From Tidjanibacter sp. (GTDB taxonomy: Bacteria > Bacteroidota > Bacteroidia > Bacteroidales > Rikenellaceae): a DNA stretch of 64,000 nucleotides. This document shows, piece after piece, positions 1 through 8,433 of the stretch. A program made the position numbers and the translations under genes. Below the pieces are notes generated by a model that saw only the letters and a program-made list of their open reading frames with translations, did no database searches and was not told the DNA's origin. The stretch covers positions 3,936-67,935 of the forward strand of contig JAZUCV010000020.1 in the NCBI GenBank assembly GCA_045639285.1. Reading direction: 5' to 3'. Position 1 is the stretch's first letter, and each line of letters begins with the position of its first letter.

Positions 1-1144
1 TCGGCAGGTCGTGACCTGTCTGCTTCATAACAGCCACCACCTTATCATAACTTACGCGGTGTTTGCCGTCGGAGAAGGTGGCATAAACATTTGCGTCGAG
101 TGCGCGAGCTGCTGCAATCGCGTTACGCTCGATACAGGGCACCTGCACAAGTCCGCACATAGGGTCGCAGGTAAGACCGAGGTGGTGCTCCAACACCATC
201 TCTGCCGCATACTCGATCTGCGAAGGTGTGCCACCGAAGAGCTGAGTAGCCGCTGCCGCTGCCATAGCACACGCCACGCCAACCTCACCCTGACAACCTA
301 CCTCCGCACCCGAAATCGAGGCATTGGTCTTGGCGATGTTGCCAAACAGACCCGCAGTGGCCAGCGCACGCAGGATACGCACCTCACGGAACTCGTGTCC
401 TTTGTATAGGTGGAACAACACCGAAGGTAACACACCGCTCGACCCGCAAGTGGGTGCAGTAACTACCGTACCACCCGAAGCATTCTCCTCCGACACCGCA
501 AGTGCGTAGGCATAGAGGTTACCACGCGAGTTTAGTGTGCGGTTGTACCCCTTCGCTTTAGTATAATAGGTAGCCGCCTTGCGACGCACGCCGAGTCCGC
601 CTGGCAAGACACCCTCGTTGTTCAGACCATTGTCTATGGATTGCTTCATCGCCTCCCATATCTCGGAGAGGTAGTCCCATATCTCGGGGCCCTCGCACAT
701 CTCCACATACTCCCAAAACGAGTAACCATCCTTGTCGCACCACTTAATAATCTCCTCTATCGAGGTCAGTGGGTAGATATGTTTCTCGGGGAGTGGACTC
801 TTGGGATCGACCACCTTGCCGCCACCAACGCTGAAATACTCGTTGGAGTCGATAATCAGCCCGCCTTTGAGTGCCTCAAAAAGCATTCCGTTAGGGTGGT
901 ATGGGAGCACGGTGTCCGGACGCCAGACAATCTCGATATTATCTCCACCACCCAGACCCTGTGTGACTGCCACATCGGTCATGTGACCCTTGCCGGTAGC
1001 TGCCAGCGAGCCGTAGAGGGTTACTCGGTATGCATCAGCCTCTGGGGTGCGACCGCGAAACAACTCTGCCGCAAACTTGGGGCCCATTGTATGGCTGCTG
1101 GAAGGGCCTTTGCCAATCCTATATAACTCTTTTAATGATTCCAT
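1..1144 (-). CDS. sdaA: Fe-S-dependent L-serine ammonia-lyase (3' end runs off the window)
   Basis: Manual translation of the minus strand from ATG at 1144 gives MESLKELYRIGKGPSSSHTMGP...YGSLAATGKGHMTD, the signature N-terminus of SdaA. It is missing from the ORF track because its stop codon is outside the window. Confidence 0.9.
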   Translation of the reverse strand, partial: MESLKELYRIGKGPSSSHTMGPKFAAELFRGRTPEADAYRVTLYGSLAATGKGHMTDVAVTQGLGGGDNIEIVWRPDTVLPYHPNGMLFEALKGGLIIDSNEYFSVGGGKVVDPKSPLPEKHIYPLTSIEEIIKWCDKDGYSFWEYVEMCEGPEIWDYLSEIWEAMKQSIDNGLNNEGVLPGGLGVRRKAATYYTKAKGYNRTLNSRGNLYAYALAVSEENASGGTVVTAPTCGSSGVLPSVLFHLYKGHEFREVRILRALATAGLFGNIAKTNASISGAEVGCQGEVGVACAMAAAAATQLFGGTPSQIEYAAEMVLEHHLGLTCDPMCGLVQVPCIERNAIAAARALDANVYATFSDGKHRVSYDKVVAVMKQTGHDLP

Positions 1145-1326
1145 ATCTCTTGTATGTTTGGTTTTAGGGAAAACGCAAAGGGGTTATCTATAATTATCTT
1201 TGGTATGCTTTTTCCCATTTCCCCATACAAATATATAAAAAAAGATATTTGCAACCAATTTTTTTACTATATTCGCCTTTCGGAAGGATAAACGAAATCA
1301 GTATTAACCAAATAAACGAACAAAAA

Positions 1327-2715
1327 ATGAAGAAATTTATCTACTCTTTGGCAGTGCTTACTTTGGCAGGCACTCTCTCGCTCGGAGCGCAGACCCCGGG
1401 TGGCGGTATCAGCGAGGAGATGCTCTCCACCATCCGCACAGGCTACACCGGTACAGCAGCACAGAAGGCCGCGAAGAATGCTCTTGCACGCAACTCGATT
1501 GCAACCCTCTCCTACAACTCAGACAATGCCGCTATGATGGATACCCACTTCTCGCATCAGGTGCGCACCTCCGGCATTACCGACCAGCAGTCGTCGGGTC
1601 GTTGCTGGCTCTTTACAGGTCTTAATGTCTTGCGCGCCAAGATGATAGACAAGTACAACCTCGGCTCGTTCGAGTTCTCGCAGAACTACAACTCCTTCTA
1701 CGACCTGCTCGAGAAGAGCAACCTCTTCCTCCAGGCAATCATCGACACCCGCGACCAGGCTATCGACTCGCGCGAGGTGGAGTGGCTGCTGAAGAATCCT
1801 CTGAGCGACGGTGGTCAGTTTACTGGCGTGTCGAACCTCATCATGAAGTATGGCGTTGTGCCTAAGGAGATTATGCCAGAGACCTACCAGAGCAACAATA
1901 CCAGCCAGATGGCAACCATCCTCAAACTCAAATTGAGAGAGTATGCCCTCGAGCTGCGCGGTATGAAGGTCAAGGAGGCCGGCGAGCGCAAGGTGGAGAT
2001 GCTGACCGAGATCTATCGTATCTTGGTTGAGTGCCTTGGCGTGCCTCCCACCGAGTTTGAGTGGAGCATGTACGACAAGCAGGGTAAGCTGGTGAGCACC
2101 AAGACATATACTCCTATGAGCTTCTACCAGGAGTACCTCGGTGAGGACTTGGAGGGCAACTATGTGATGGTGATGAACGACCCCACCCGTGAGTATGGCA
2201 AGGTATATGAGATTCAGTACGACCGTCACGTTTACGACGGCGAGAACTGGGTATATCTCAACCTCCCCATTGAGCGCGTGAAGGAGATGGCTATCGCCTC
2301 GATTAAGGACAACACCGCTCTCTACTTCTCGTGCGATGTAAATAAGTACATCAACTCGTCGCTCGGCACTCTCGACCTGGCGAATATCGACTACGAGTCG
2401 CTCTTCGACACCGAGTTCCCGATGAACAAGCGTGAGCGCGTACAGACCTTTGCAAGCGGTTCGTCGCACGCCATGACACTGATTGCCGTAGATCTCGACG
2501 AGAACGAGCAGCCCAAGAAGTGGATGGTGGAGAATAGCTGGGGTGCATCCTCGGGCTATCGTGGCAATCTGATTATGACCGATGAGTGGTTTGAGGAGTA
2601 TATGTTCCGCCTCGTTGTGGAGAAGAAGTATGTTCCCGCCGACCTTATGAAGATGCTCGACCAGAAACCTATTATGTTGCCCGCCTGGGATCCGATGTTT
2701 GCACCTGAGGAGTAA
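1327..2715 (+). CDS. pepC: Aminopeptidase C / bleomycin hydrolase family (peptidase C1B), with signal peptide
   Basis: QQSSGRCWLF catalytic Cys motif, HAM catalytic His, VENSWG motif and C-terminal WDPM. Start moved to MKKFIYSL (1327). Confidence 0.9.
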   Translation: MKKFIYSLAVLTLAGTLSLGAQTPGGGISEEMLSTIRTGYTGTAAQKAAKNALARNSIATLSYNSDNAAMMDTHFSHQVRTSGITDQQSSGRCWLFTGLNVLRAKMIDKYNLGSFEFSQNYNSFYDLLEKSNLFLQAIIDTRDQAIDSREVEWLLKNPLSDGGQFTGVSNLIMKYGVVPKEIMPETYQSNNTSQMATILKLKLREYALELRGMKVKEAGERKVEMLTEIYRILVECLGVPPTEFEWSMYDKQGKLVSTKTYTPMSFYQEYLGEDLEGNYVMVMNDPTREYGKVYEIQYDRHVYDGENWVYLNLPIERVKEMAIASIKDNTALYFSCDVNKYINSSLGTLDLANIDYESLFDTEFPMNKRERVQTFASGSSHAMTLIAVDLDENEQPKKWMVENSWGASSGYRGNLIMTDEWFEEYMFRLVVEKKYVPADLMKMLDQKPIMLPAWDPMFAPEE

Positions 2716-2731
2716 ACCCCTACCGGAACGT

Positions 2732-2781
2732 AAAAAAGAATATGCAGACCCGCCGAAAGGGTCTGCATATTCTTTTTTTTT
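2732..2781. terminator. Bidirectional intrinsic terminator
   Basis: AAAAAAGAATATGCAGACCC-loop-GGGTCTGCATATTCTTTTTT between convergent genes. Confidence 0.85.
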
Positions 2782-2793
2782 ACTGAGTTATCT

Positions 2794-3234
2794 TTACAAA
2801 AGTATCTTGGCAATAAACTTGCGGATATGGCCTTCGCCCATTGCGGGTGCGTGACCATCTTCGGGCCAGAGGATAACAAAGTCGCCGGGGCGCAAATCTA
2901 CAAACCACTCGGGGTCCTCGTCCGAGAAGGCAACATCCTTCGTCTCGTCGTAGGGCTGGTAGTAGGTCGAGATATCCTCGCGGTGGCGCAGACCTATACG
3001 CTCACTGCCACTCAGCAAAACCTGGATATCGATATACTTGTTATGCACCTCCAGGGGCTGTTTGGGGGCCTTGTCGAGGGATTGGTTGTTGATAAAAATC
3101 TCTCTGCCGTCCACCTCGATAATTCCTGCGGGCTCGTCGAGCAGGTCGTGGGTAAGGATGTAGTCAAAAAGTTTCTTAAAGCGAGGGTGAAGATCCACAA
3201 CACGGTCGCAAGTACGAAGATTGCCGAGTATCAT
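2794..3234 (-). CDS. YhcH/YjgK/YiaL (DUF386) family protein
   Basis: EVHNKYIDIQ and PEDGHAP motifs, 146 aa. Confidence 0.85.
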   Translation of the reverse strand: MILGNLRTCDRVVDLHPRFKKLFDYILTHDLLDEPAGIIEVDGREIFINNQSLDKAPKQPLEVHNKYIDIQVLLSGSERIGLRHREDISTYYQPYDETKDVAFSDEDPEWFVDLRPGDFVILWPEDGHAPAMGEGHIRKFIAKILL

Positions 3235-3291
3235 AGTTTAATAAATTGTTATTTATTCTCTACAAATATAGCACTTCACATCAAATAATCC

Positions 3292-3299
3292 TATCTTTG
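3292..3299 (+). promoter_or_regulatory. Bacteroidetes -7 promoter element
   Basis: TATCTTTG matches TAnnTTTG, about 25 nt before the start at 3325. Confidence 0.55.
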
Positions 3300-3324
3300 C
3301 GGGGTAATAAGTATAGAGAAAGTT

Positions 3325-3750
3325 ATGAAAAAGTTAATTATTATCGCTTTTATGGCTCTTATGATGACTTCGTGCTGCGAGTGCAACCGCTACGAGAAGA
3401 AGTATGGTGTAGAACTCAACAAGACTGTATGGCAGCTCACCCAGCTCTATGGTCGCCCCGTGGAGGCTGCTGAGGATGCATTTACCGTAATCTTCGATGG
3501 TGCAAAGGTTAATGGTCGCGGTGCTTGCAACTCCTTCTTTGGCGATGTAGCATTGCAGAAAGAGAGCGGCGGTACTCTCCGCTTCTCGAATATGGGCTCG
3601 ACCAAGATGATGTGCCCCAACCAAGAGATGGAGGACAAGTTTATGGAGGTGCTCTCCACCACCGACTCCTTCAACAAAGAGGGAGAATATCTCTACCTCT
3701 TCACCGATGGCGAACTCCGCGCTATCCTCCGTGCACAGAAGGCCGAGTAG
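3325..3750 (+). CDS. META/HslJ-domain lipoprotein
   Basis: Lipobox MTSC, then WQL...GRGACNSFFG...STKMMC, typical of META domains. Confidence 0.8.
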   Translation: MKKLIIIAFMALMMTSCCECNRYEKKYGVELNKTVWQLTQLYGRPVEAAEDAFTVIFDGAKVNGRGACNSFFGDVALQKESGGTLRFSNMGSTKMMCPNQEMEDKFMEVLSTTDSFNKEGEYLYLFTDGELRAILRAQKAE

Positions 3751-3770
3751 ACTCTTTGCGTAAAGCATAT

Positions 3771-3810
3771 AAAAACCCCGACAGAAAGTTTCTGACGGGG
3801 TTTTGTCTTT
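3771..3810. terminator. Bidirectional terminator
   Basis: AAAACCCCG-ACAGAAAGTTTCTGA-CGGGGTTTT between convergent genes. Confidence 0.7.
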
Positions 3811-3815
3811 TTATT

Positions 3816-4376
3816 TTAGAATCCAACGCCGAGATGCAAACCAATATGCAAATTGGATAACGACACTCCTGCAAAGAGATGAATATTCTCTACAAGTCTA
3901 AGTCTAATACCTGGCTGCACTCCTAATATCGGCCCCATACTTCCGGGCTTAGCAGGCTCTATTTCTGGGTCTATTGCCTTATCTGTTTTATATACTATAC
4001 CCAATCCTGCGTGGAAATCGCTGTAAAGTGAGATTATCTCTCGTGGGCCAAAGTGGAGATATTTGCGAAAATTCGCTGACAAGGTAATAAAATACTCACT
4101 CGGCATAAGAGTAGAGCCCGACTCTGAGATAGTAATGCGACCTCCGAGTGTGCGTTTATTATCCACTCGTACACCACCCGTAACAGCTAAACCACCCTCA
4201 TACGCTCCTACAAAGGCACGGGCTGTGAACTCGGGTTTCCAATGCTGTTTACCCTCTTCGGAGAAGGCATACTTCCACTGTTCTAAATGAGTTGTTGGAC
4301 TTAACTGTGCCTTAGCCTGAGTGCCACACAAGAGCATAAGACACAGACAAACTGTTGTTGCAAAGACTCTCTTCAT
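3816..4376 (-). CDS. Hypothetical outer-membrane beta-barrel protein
   Basis: Signal peptide ending AKA-Q, alternating beta-strand pattern and C-terminal Phe (GLHLGVGF). Confidence 0.65.
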   Translation of the reverse strand: MKRVFATTVCLCLMLLCGTQAKAQLSPTTHLEQWKYAFSEEGKQHWKPEFTARAFVGAYEGGLAVTGGVRVDNKRTLGGRITISESGSTLMPSEYFITLSANFRKYLHFGPREIISLYSDFHAGLGIVYKTDKAIDPEIEPAKPGSMGPILGVQPGIRLRLVENIHLFAGVSLSNLHIGLHLGVGF

Positions 4377-4555
4377 AGCGTTTAAGTTGTTTGGTTAGAT
4401 ATAACCCACCACACATCTGCCCCTCAGAAAAGCAGACTCTCTCCACTAATGGCAAATTTAAGCAAAACGCCAAAAAAGTCCAAGCAGAAGTTACTGATAA
4501 TCTTACCTCAACCAACTTTTACAATAAAGATATTGTCTTTCTCATAAATAAATCG

Positions 4556-4563
4556 TAGTTTTG
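4556..4563 (+). promoter_or_regulatory. Bacteroidetes -7 promoter element upstream of the structured leader
   Basis: TAGTTTTG, with a TTG about 21 nt upstream. Confidence 0.5.
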
Positions 4564-4620
4564 TATGATTGGAGACTATCAAAAATACTAACCTGCCTAT
4601 GAAACATCGCGTATAGTTAC

Positions 4621-4826
4621 ATACGCACAATTTAGACATATCAGGAAAGCGTTTTAGCTTTATTCTTTTGCTTTGGAAGTTTGGCGACTATAAAAAGACA
4701 AGAAGGAATAATGGTTGAAATGCTCGTGCCTATGGCGCGGGCTTTTTAGTTATTCTTTTGTCGAGGTAACGCCAAACACCCCAAAGCGAGGATACTAATC
4801 AGTACCGCGCTTTTTTTTGTGCGTAT
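4621..4826 (+). ncRNA. Candidate long rod-like structured leader RNA
   Basis: Nested complementary segments: ATACGCACAA/TTGTGCGTAT, GCTTTGG..GTTTGGCG/CGCCAAAC..CCAAAGC, GACAAGAAGGAATAA/TTATTCTTTTGTC and GCTCGTGCC/GGCGCGGGC. Confidence 0.55.
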
Positions 4827-4905
4827 TTCAAAACATCTATTTGGTACAACGGAGTAATCGAAAAGCCGTAAAATGAGTAGAGCATTCCAAATAAGTTATA
4901 ATATT

Positions 4906-5079
4906 ATGAGCAGTACATTTTTTATTTGCCCCACATGTAAAAACCCAAAAAAGGATGCCAGAGTCTATCGTTGCCCAAGTTGCGGAAGGATTTTATGTGA
5001 AAGATGCGCACCTTTCAACTACTGTCCTTTGTGTAATGGTCCATTAAAATGGAACGACCAGATAGGGTATATCGGATAG
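4906..5079 (+). CDS. 57-aa 8-Cys (4x CxxC) zinc-finger protein, copy 1
   Basis: CPTC-x11-CPSC-x4-CERC-x5-CPLC. A paralogue with the same frame and length lies 214 bp downstream. Confidence 0.75.
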   Translation: MSSTFFICPTCKNPKKDARVYRCPSCGRILCERCAPFNYCPLCNGPLKWNDQIGYIG

Positions 5080-5119
5080 TGAGATTTCAAATATTTTGAA
5101 GCATTCATTTTCTTGTATT

Positions 5120-5293
5120 ATGAACACCATTTTTATTAAATGTCCCACTTGTGGTAATTACCACAAAGACGATAGAATCTATCGTTGTCCTGGATGTGGA
5201 GCGATTTGGTGTGAAAGATGCGCACCTTTCAACTACTGTCCTTCGTGTAATGGTCCATTAAAATGGAACGACCAGATAGGATATATCGGTTAA
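5120..5293 (+). CDS. 57-aa 8-Cys (4x CxxC) zinc-finger protein, copy 2
   Basis: CPTC-x11-CPGC-x4-CERC-x5-CPSC. Synonymous differences from copy 1 at Cys codons support coding status. Confidence 0.75.
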   Translation: MNTIFIKCPTCGNYHKDDRIYRCPGCGAIWCERCAPFNYCPSCNGPLKWNDQIGYIG

Positions 5294-5294
5294 C

Positions 5295-5335
5295 AATAGA
5301 GAGCCTGCCTAACGATTTTAGGCAGGCTCTCTATT
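5295..5335. terminator. Perfect 18-bp hairpin, probable bidirectional terminator
   Basis: AATAGAGAGCCTGCCTAA-CGATT-TTAGGCAGGCTCTCTATT between convergent genes. Confidence 0.8.
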
Positions 5336-5348
5336 TGACTGCAAATTA

Positions 5349-5888
5349 TTACTCTATTATAGTTGCCCACTCTTCCAAGTTAACAGAAAAAGGAGGCCGT
5401 TTTTCCAAGCAATATTCTTTTAAGAGTCGCTTCACACGCTCATCTTCCATTTTATCTTCATCGGATTTGGGCACAGCAAACATTACATTCACAAAAATAT
5501 CCTCGCCCATATTTGGATATGTCTTAATACTGTAAAGTACATCTAACGGTATTTCGGTGGTCTCAGAAGCAGAAATCCTGTTAATTATACTATTTAATGT
5601 GTCATTTACAAAGATGTTGGACTCAACTGCGGAATTAACTTCAAACGCCAAAAAGCAAAAACAAGGTTTCTTGTCTGTCAACACATCATCAATTACCTCT
5701 AATAAGTGCTCCAAATAATTATCGTAGGTTACTGCTGCACCATACGAAACAGCCACTTTAAAGGTTGACAATCGCCTCATTGTCTGTATATCGGCATAGT
5801 CAACATAGGTAGGTGCTTCCTCGCCCAAGAAAACGTCTTCTACCATTTTCTCTATCTCAAACCTATCGTTTATAATCCTGCAACTCAT
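5349..5888 (-). CDS. Hypothetical protein resembling an isolated FtsZ C-terminal domain
   Basis: VDYADIQTM resembles VDFADVKTV of the FtsZ in this window. DVLYSIKTYPNMGEDIFVNVMFA resembles TIIWGAGEQTDLDDEIEITIIAT. Confidence 0.5.
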   Translation of the reverse strand: MSCRIINDRFEIEKMVEDVFLGEEAPTYVDYADIQTMRRLSTFKVAVSYGAAVTYDNYLEHLLEVIDDVLTDKKPCFCFLAFEVNSAVESNIFVNDTLNSIINRISASETTEIPLDVLYSIKTYPNMGEDIFVNVMFAVPKSDEDKMEDERVKRLLKEYCLEKRPPFSVNLEEWATIIE

Positions 5889-5907
5889 AACTTACGTTTG
5901 TATATCT

Positions 5908-6585
5908 CTATCGCTCCTCAAAGGCAAACTTCATTGCGCGGTTGATGATAGCGAGGAAGTCGGTGGTCTTGGCGAACTCACGCGCCACACGCTCGGCCAG
6001 ACCCTCAGCGGTGATAAACTCTTCGTCAATGCTTCTGGTGAGACCCCAATGTTTGAGCCTCAACCACTCCTCCTGGGGTGTGCCCGATGGGAAGCCTTTT
6101 GGTGTGCGGGTCAGCATTTTGGAACGGTCAAGAGCGAAACCCTCCGCACGCTCCAAGGCGGCAGCCATAGCCTCGGGGTAATCCATAACCTCCTCGCGGA
6201 TACTCTGCAATACATCCCTCTCGAAGCAGTAGTGACCTACATACAACATATTACCACCCAGATAGTTACCACCCGACGGCTCGATATGGAAGTAGTAGCC
6301 CGAGTAGCCCGATTTCTTGCCACGCGGAGCAATGATAACCCCAAAGTGGGTCTTGTAAGGCGACTTATCGGGCGAGAAACGGGTGTCGCGATAGATGCGA
6401 TAGGTGCAGTCGCGAAGGGTAAGCCCCGCCACCGAACTATCGATCTCACCCATACGGGCAATCAACTCCTCGGCAAAACGGTTAAAAGTGGCTTGAGCAG
6501 TGAGATACTCCTCCTTGTGCTCGGCAAACCACTCGCGATTGTTATTCTCGCGCAACTCGGATAGGAAATTTAAAACTTGACGCAT
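5908..6585 (-). CDS. DUF2461 family protein
   Basis: LRENNNREWF, RIYRDTRFSPDKSPYKTH and PKGF motifs. Start placed at MRQVL. Confidence 0.9.
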   Translation of the reverse strand: MRQVLNFLSELRENNNREWFAEHKEEYLTAQATFNRFAEELIARMGEIDSSVAGLTLRDCTYRIYRDTRFSPDKSPYKTHFGVIIAPRGKKSGYSGYYFHIEPSGGNYLGGNMLYVGHYCFERDVLQSIREEVMDYPEAMAAALERAEGFALDRSKMLTRTPKGFPSGTPQEEWLRLKHWGLTRSIDEEFITAEGLAERVAREFAKTTDFLAIINRAMKFAFEER

Positions 6586-6588
6586 AAA

Positions 6589-6719
6589 GAATTCAAAATT
6601 CAAAATGTTTTAGAGAGGGTAAGGGAAGTGAAGGGAGATTAGGGAGATTAGGGAATTATGAAAAACAAATGGAGATTAGGGACAATCCTTAAACTCCTTA
6701 AACTCCTTAAACTCACTAA
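6589..6719. repeat. AATTCAA heptamer pair plus degenerate 9-mer array (G-rich arm, then C-rich arm)
   Basis: GAATTCAAAATTCAAAATG (exact copy at 63835-63853), then ATTAGGGAG-type units, then AAACTCCTT-type units. Confidence 0.75.
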
Positions 6720-6726
6720 CGCCGAG

Positions 6727-7051
6727 AAGTCACTATGGCTTAGGAAATTTTGGGCTTCGCGAAGAAAGGCGAGCCGAAGTTTACTGAGTGTAAATGAGGC
6801 GAAGCCTTTCGAGGGAAGTGCAAAATTTACAAGCCAGATGGCTTCGTGAGCACCCAAAAAAAGTCGTAGAATTAGGGGAATTTTAGGCGGGCTGGTTTCT
6901 GAGGTTGCGCGCATACTTGAAGTATGTAAGCAATCTCGGAAGCCAGCCCAAAGTTGCGATTTAGCTGAGAGCAGAAACTGCTCGCAGGCTCTGCCGAAGC
7001 GGAGCAACTAAAAGGAACTTAACACCAAATTCACCAATTATACGGCTTTTT
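6727..7051. mobile_element. Tandem pair of ERIC-like miniature inverted-repeat elements
   Basis: Units 6727-6844 and about 6857-7051. Each has imperfect terminal inverted repeats and a central TTTAC/GTAAA or CATAC/GTATG hairpin. 6740-6865 is nearly identical to 48227-48351. Confidence 0.7.
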
Positions 7052-8331
7052 TACCACGCGAAAAGCGGATAATTCGCCATCATAGCATTAACCTCCGCGC
7101 GTACTGCGGCAATCACCTCAGGATTCTCGGGATCGGAGAGCACACGGTCGATAAGGTCAACGATATAGGCCATCTTGTCCTCCTTCACACCACGGGTGGT
7201 GATTGCGGGAGTACCCACACGAATACCCGAAGTCTGGAAGGGCGAGCGGCTATCAAAGGGAACCATATTCTTGTTGGTAGTGATATCAGCCTCAACCAAT
7301 ACGCGCTCGGCCACCTTACCTGTCAGCTCGGGGAACTTGGTGCGCAGGTCGATGAGCATCAGGTGGTTGTCGGTACCGCCTGAGACAACCTTGTAGCCCT
7401 TTGCGGTAAATGCCTCAGCCATAGCGTCTGCATTCTTGCGCACCTGCTGCTGATACTCCTTATAGGCGGGCGAGAGTGCCTCGCCAAAGGCTACAGCCTT
7501 GGCAGCGATGACGTGCTCCAGCGGGCCACCCTGGATACCGGGGAAGACTGCCGAGTTGAGCACTGCCGACATCTTCTTCACCTCACCCTTAGGAGTGGTC
7601 AAGCCCCAGGGATTGGGGAAGTCCTCGCCCATCAGGATAATACCGCCACGAGGACCACGAAGAGTCTTGTGGGTAGTCGAGGTGACGATGTGAGCATACT
7701 TAACGGGGTTGTCGAGCAGACCTGCTGCGATAAGACCTGCGGTGTGAGCCATATCGATAAGCAGAATTGCACCCACCTTGTCTGCAATCTCGCGCATACG
7801 CTTGTAGTCCCACTCACGCGAGTATGCCGAAGCACCACCCACGATAAGCTTGGGCTTGTGCTCCAATGCCAGACGCTCCATCTCATCGTAGTCGATAAGA
7901 CCGGTCTCCTCGTTGAGTTTGTAACCCACAGCGTTATAGAACATACCCGACATATTTACGGGCGAGCCGTGCGAGAGGTGACCACCGTGCGAGAGGTCAA
8001 GACCCATAAAGGTATCACCGGGCTTGAGGCAGGCGAAGAAGACCGCCATATTAGCCTGTGCGCCCGAGTGAGGCTGCACGTTAGCCCAAGCAGCACCATA
8101 GAGCTCGCAGATACGGTCGATAGCAAGTTGCTCAACCTTATCCACCACGCCGCAACCGCCATAGTAGCGAGCGTTAGGATAGCCCTCTGCATATTTGTTG
8201 GTCAATACGGAGCCCATAGCCTCCATCACCTGGTCGCTCACGAAGTTCTCCGAAGCAATCAGCTCAATACCACCCATCTGACGAGCACGCTCGGCGGCGA
8301 TGAGTTCAAACAAAGTGTTGTCTTTCTGCAT
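7051..8331 (-). CDS. glyA: Serine hydroxymethyltransferase
   Basis: [21 protein letters not shown] and [12 protein letters not shown] motifs. Confidence 0.98.
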   Translation of the reverse strand: MQKDNTLFELIAAERARQMGGIELIASENFVSDQVMEAMGSVLTNKYAEGYPNARYYGGCGVVDKVEQLAIDRICELYGAAWANVQPHSGAQANMAVFFACLKPGDTFMGLDLSHGGHLSHGSPVNMSGMFYNAVGYKLNEETGLIDYDEMERLALEHKPKLIVGGASAYSREWDYKRMREIADKVGAILLIDMAHTAGLIAAGLLDNPVKYAHIVTSTTHKTLRGPRGGIILMGEDFPNPWGLTTPKGEVKKMSAVLNSAVFPGIQGGPLEHVIAAKAVAFGEALSPAYKEYQQQVRKNADAMAEAFTAKGYKVVSGGTDNHLMLIDLRTKFPELTGKVAERVLVEADITTNKNMVPFDSRSPFQTSGIRVGTPAITTRGVKEDKMAYIVDLIDRVLSDPENPEVIAAVRAEVNAMMANYPLFAW

Positions 8332-8393
8332 CTTTTATTCTATTTTATGTTGTAATTATTTGCAAACGAATCACGGCAAGTAAAACCGAGCCT

Positions 8394-8401
8394 CAAAGGT
8401 A
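8394..8401 (-). promoter_or_regulatory. -7 promoter element for glyA
   Basis: TACCTTTG on the minus strand, about 60 nt upstream of the start. Confidence 0.5.
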
Positions 8402-8433
8402 ACTCTTTTTTGCGAACTTTCCTACCTAAAACG

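Noticed and set aside
11-1126. Plus-strand ORFs 11-409 and 641-1126
   Set aside because: They are antisense to the partial sdaA gene.
4906-5293. DGR template/variable repeat pair
   Set aside because: Differences between the copies are not confined to adenines, both copies are intact ORFs, and no reverse transcriptase is in the window.
6648-7007. ORFs with LLKLLKL/SLRSLRS repeats (also 47885-48452 and 40618-40953)
   Set aside because: They are translations of the 9-mer arrays and ERIC-like elements, not credible proteins.
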